Sequence record: MT188704.1
DNA: 24,000 nucleotides
Source: Mesorhizobium phage Cp1R7A-A1
Strand: one strand, 5' to 3'
Under the pieces are notes generated by a model. The model ran no database searches. It was not told the origin of the DNA and worked only from the letters and a program-made list of their open reading frames with translations. Positions within the stretch are counted from its first letter, which is position 1. Every line of letters starts with the position of its first letter. This document shows, piece after piece, positions 20,907-24,000 of the stretch. The position numbers were made by a program, and so were the translations under genes.

Positions 20907-21923
20907 TCAGGCGACACGCTCGATGCCCGCCTTGAGGGCGTCGATTGCCGCACCGGTCCAAGCCGCACTCGTGTTCGGGTCTGTGGCGAAGATGTCCTGC
21001 GCCTGATAGCCGAATGCCGTGCCCAAGCTGCGCGTCGTGCCGTTGGCGACGGCGCTGCCGGACTTGACGACGTTTCGGATCGTGGTCGTGCCTGCGTCCG
21101 ACTTCTTGCCGAGCGTTTCGATCGCGATTCCCGCAACGGTGGCCGGAGAGAATCCGAGGTTGGCGAAATCAAAGAGGCTGAGATCGCCCGCGTTAGACGC
21201 CGACAGATAGTCGGAAGTATTGGCCTGATCGTCGTCGATCACCGCATAGCCATCGGTGCCGGTGCTCGGGGTCCAGTCAGCGTCTGCGGTGTCGGCGTTC
21301 GCGAGCAACGTGACGACCTTCATGTCGCCGAGGCGAACATCTGCGACATCGTTGAGCACATAGAGATCGTCGTATGCCCACGTCTGACCACTCTGGCCAC
21401 CGCCAAGCTGCACCGAGCTAATGCCGTTGAAGGTCTGAGTCTGCCCGGAGAAGGTCCCCCACGAGTTTCCGTCTACGAAGAGTTCGAGCGATCCTCCGGA
21501 GGTCTTTCCCGTAAGCTTCACTTCGATGAAATACGGAGTGTTCACGGCCAAGTTGCCACTCGAAAACAAGATCACGGTGTTGTTGTTGGTGTCGAAGCCC
21601 CCACGGCAAATCTGAATCTGCCCACCACTGGTCGTTTTGGCGAAGATGCCGCCGAATCCGAACAAGGCAAACTGGCCAAACTGACTGGCTTTGAAACGGA
21701 AGCTCAGGATGGCGGTGTCGCCGACCGCTGGTGCAAAGTTTCGGTTGCGCCCGCCCGTGTTGTTGGCACCGACCAGATTGAGGGCTCGGCCGCTGCCGAG
21801 AAGACCCGTGATGTAGGTAGAGACAGGAGCGCCACCAAAACCGACCCAAACCGAGTCGGAACCACCATCCCCGCCAGCGGAACTGGCGTAGTCATCAAAA
21901 CCATCGATCAAAGCAAGTCCCAT
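20907..21923 (-). CDS. putative virion/tail surface protein, paralog of previous
   Basis: MGLALIDGFDDYA... same layout with DPNTSAAWTGAAIDALKAGIE C-terminus. Confidence 0.65.
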   Translation of the reverse strand: MGLALIDGFDDYASSAGGDGGSDSVWVGFGGAPVSTYITGLLGSGRALNLVGANNTGGRNRNFAPAVGDTAILSFRFKASQFGQFALFGFGGIFAKTTSGGQIQICRGGFDTNNNTVILFSSGNLAVNTPYFIEVKLTGKTSGGSLELFVDGNSWGTFSGQTQTFNGISSVQLGGGQSGQTWAYDDLYVLNDVADVRLGDMKVVTLLANADTADADWTPSTGTDGYAVIDDDQANTSDYLSASNAGDLSLFDFANLGFSPATVAGIAIETLGKKSDAGTTTIRNVVKSGSAVANGTTRSLGTAFGYQAQDIFATDPNTSAAWTGAAIDALKAGIERVA

Positions 21924-21935
21924 TGGGAAACTCCT

Positions 21936-22931
21936 TTACGTAAGCGAGCCGACCAGCGAGGCCGAGATGTTGGCAAGGGTTGCGTCGGGCGAGGAAGGCG
22001 CGACGATGGTGAGGATGTCGCCGGGCGCGAATGCAGTTGCAGTGGCCATGGCGAGGACACCGGTCGCAGACGCCGTGAACGTGATGGTCCCGACATCCGC
22101 GCCGTTCTTCTTGATCTTCAAGACGGCGGTCCCAGTCGACGCAACAGAGGCAACGACCCGCGACCCAGTCAGACCAGACGGCAGGGTGAAGGCCTTTGTT
22201 GCCACGTGGGAGAAAATCACTTCCGACGTATCGAGCACGCCCGACGCAAAGACGCTCAGTTCGATGGACGGGGTGAAGGGCACCCACTTGTTGCTGGTGC
22301 CGTTGAACTGGAGCAGATCGCCGTTGGTGGGCGCATCGGTGGTGACATCCACGTCGCCGAGAGTGGCGAGATTACCTGCCGAGGGGTTTCGAGGTTCCCA
22401 CTTGTCGGTCGTATCGTTGTAGGTCAGAACCTGGCCCTCGGCGGGCGGCGGCGTGCCGTCGTAGTCGGTCAACCCCGCCAGCGTTGCGGCGGCGTTGCCC
22501 GGCTTCCATTTGTCGGCGACCGCGTCCCACTTGAGGACCTGACCATCGGTCGGGGATGCGGTGGTGACATCGACATCGAGAAGTTCGGACAGGTTCTTGA
22601 CGCCAGCCGAAAACACTACCCAGTCAGTGCCGTCGAACATGACAAGCTCTTCCTGATCGATGACCCACGCGAAGTGCCCCTCGTGCGGCGTGATGTAGAC
22701 CCACTCGCCGTTGTCGAAGATGGCGACGTTGTCAGCCTGCGGGCCGGTCGGGACGATATAGATTTCGCCCTCGTCGGGCGTGGCGGGCAGCGCGTCGGTG
22801 CGCGACAGCACGGCCGTCTGTACGAGCACCGACAGCGTGCGCATGTTGGCGTCCATGCCGGGCTTCCAGTCGCTGGCACCGAGGTCCCAGAAACCGGTCA
22901 ATCCCAAGCCGGGGAGAGAACGAGATGCCAT
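21936..22931 (-). CDS. phage structural protein with DUF2793-like region
   Basis: LPATPDEGEIYIVPTGPQADNVAIFDNGEWVYITPHEGHFAWVIDQEELVMFDGTDWV plus LSELLDVDVTTASPTDGQVLKWDAVADKWKPG repeats. Confidence 0.7.
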   Translation of the reverse strand: MASRSLPGLGLTGFWDLGASDWKPGMDANMRTLSVLVQTAVLSRTDALPATPDEGEIYIVPTGPQADNVAIFDNGEWVYITPHEGHFAWVIDQEELVMFDGTDWVVFSAGVKNLSELLDVDVTTASPTDGQVLKWDAVADKWKPGNAAATLAGLTDYDGTPPPAEGQVLTYNDTTDKWEPRNPSAGNLATLGDVDVTTDAPTNGDLLQFNGTSNKWVPFTPSIELSVFASGVLDTSEVIFSHVATKAFTLPSGLTGSRVVASVASTGTAVLKIKKNGADVGTITFTASATGVLAMATATAFAPGDILTIVAPSSPDATLANISASLVGSLT

Positions 22932-22934
22932 AGA

Positions 22935-23855
22935 TTAAGAACCTCCGTAGAAGTAGCCGTAGCCGTAGCCGTAGCCGCCCGAGACGCTGAGAACCGGGAC
23001 GCTTCCCGCCTCGATCCACGTCGCGCTGTAGTCGTCGGAATAGAAAAGCTGCGTGGTGAGCGCCTGCTGATCGAGCCGATCGGCAACCGCGAAAAGAGCG
23101 ACCTGCTCCACCGGCTTGGTCGTCTGGAACCAGTATTCAATGCTTGCCGGGAGCGCGTCGGCCGACCACACCGTGGACGGATCATTGTCGAATGCGTTGA
23201 AGCGGCTTTCCGGCAGGACCTGATCGCTTGCCAGCGGCTGCCCGCCGTCGTCGTTGTGGCGCTCGGACACGTTGGCGACCGAGCGGAACTCGATCTCGCC
23301 GATCGCGACCTTGGTGCCTTCCTCGGTCGAATTGACCACCAGACGCCAGACACGCCCGCCAAGATGGAAGCTGCGCAGTTCCTGCGCGTCCCAGCCGACC
23401 TGTGAAATCACCTTGAAGAGGGTGAGCCATGCACCGCCCGGAGTCTTGTACTGGATCGAGAACTCGCCGGGACATCCGTCCATGTTGTCCCAAGACGCCT
23501 GCAATTTGACGCCGCGAACTTCGACAGCATCTTCCCAAGTCGTCTGAATCCACGCGTTGACGCCGTAGAGCGTTCCGGTATCGCGCAGGCCAGCCCAGTA
23601 GCTGGTGTCGTCTTCGTCAAAGCAGGCCTGCGGGACGTGCGAGCCGTCCGAGGCATTGGCGGAATGATCTGCCGTGGCGACCGAAATCACACTGCCAGCC
23701 GCGTCGAGCCATTCGAGCTTGTTGACGAACACGGTTGTGCCGGGAGCGCCGCTGGCGGTCTCGCTGACCAGCACACGCCAATCGGCCGAGATAGGCGGCG
23801 GCGTGCCGTAGGTCCCACCATTCTGCTGGTTGGCAACAATGCCAAGGATAATCAT
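22935..23855 (-). CDS. putative virion protein with discoidin (F5/8 type C)-like domain
   Basis: WAGL...WIQTTWEDAVEVRGVKLQASWDNMDGCPGEFSIQYKTPGGAW and later ASIEYWFQTTKPVEQVALF; start trimmed to MIILGIVAN. Confidence 0.6.
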   Translation of the reverse strand: MIILGIVANQQNGGTYGTPPPISADWRVLVSETASGAPGTTVFVNKLEWLDAAGSVISVATADHSANASDGSHVPQACFDEDDTSYWAGLRDTGTLYGVNAWIQTTWEDAVEVRGVKLQASWDNMDGCPGEFSIQYKTPGGAWLTLFKVISQVGWDAQELRSFHLGGRVWRLVVNSTEEGTKVAIGEIEFRSVANVSERHNDDGGQPLASDQVLPESRFNAFDNDPSTVWSADALPASIEYWFQTTKPVEQVALFAVADRLDQQALTTQLFYSDDYSATWIEAGSVPVLSVSGGYGYGYGYFYGGS

Positions 23856-23865
23856 TCGGGAGCCT

Positions 23866-23941
23866 TGGAGGCGCGGGCCGGAATTGAACCGGCGTGACTG
23901 GGGTTGCAATCCAGTGCGTCAAACCACTCCGCCACCGCGCC
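23866..23941 (-). tRNA. tRNA-Cys(GCA)
   Basis: acceptor GGCGCGG/CCGCGCC + TCCA; AC loop TTGCAAC; T arm GCCGG-TTCAATT-CCGGC. Confidence 0.88.
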
Positions 23942-23958
23942 GTTAACCAAGGGCCGCA

Positions 23959-23995
23959 AGAATTGCTTGACAGGATTCTTGAAGTTTGTAGAGAT
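23959..23995 (+). promoter_or_regulatory. promoter-like AGAATTGCTTGACA...
   Basis: same AGAATTGCTTGACA element as 15903 region. Confidence 0.45.
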
Positions 23996-24000
23996 ACGCT

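Noticed and set aside
22206-23405. 399-aa plus-strand ORF
   Set aside because: Shadow of the DUF2793-like and discoidin-like minus genes.
1-24000. CRISPR array, IS element or integrase
   Set aside because: No regularly spaced direct repeats, transposase or recombinase signature seen.

Overview
The window looks like part of a large, GC-rich, tailed-phage (or prophage-like) genome. No host or phage name can be assigned from sequence alone. Layout: (i) ~0.4-6.0 kb, minus strand: a run of small, tightly packed, often stop/start-overlapping unknown genes ending in a 672-aa unknown protein. (ii) 6.1-10.3 kb, plus strand: small unknown genes, a possible MazG-like protein, a lipoprotein, a 33-aa membrane peptide next to an SPFH/Band-7 protein, and a proline-rich exported protein. 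(iii) 10.38-17.67 kb, plus strand: a very dense RNA region. I can fold about 31 tRNAs by hand. Together with a minus-strand tRNA-Cys at 23.9 kb they cover all 20 amino acids. Between them lie several large non-tRNA structured elements, including a ~1.4-1.5 kb highly structured region with a tRNA-like fold enclosed by a 9-bp helix, reminiscent of the phage/tRNA-linked giant RNA family GOLLD. (iv) 17.9-19.3 kb: small unknown genes and a wHTH-like protein. (v) 19.3-23.9 kb, minus strand: glutaredoxin and tail/virion surface proteins (two paralogous jelly-roll/LamG-like proteins, a DUF2793-like protein, a discoidin-like protein). The strongest second-look items are the giant RNA, other non-tRNA structured RNAs in the array, tRNAs whose variable-arm class does not match their anticodon (long-arm Lys/Lys/Asn, short-arm Leu), a group of tRNAs with non-canonical T-loops (A54), a recurring inverted-repeat promoter/operator motif, and a proteasome/HslV-like gene inside the tRNA array. 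All RNA structures were folded by eye and need covariance or tool confirmation.
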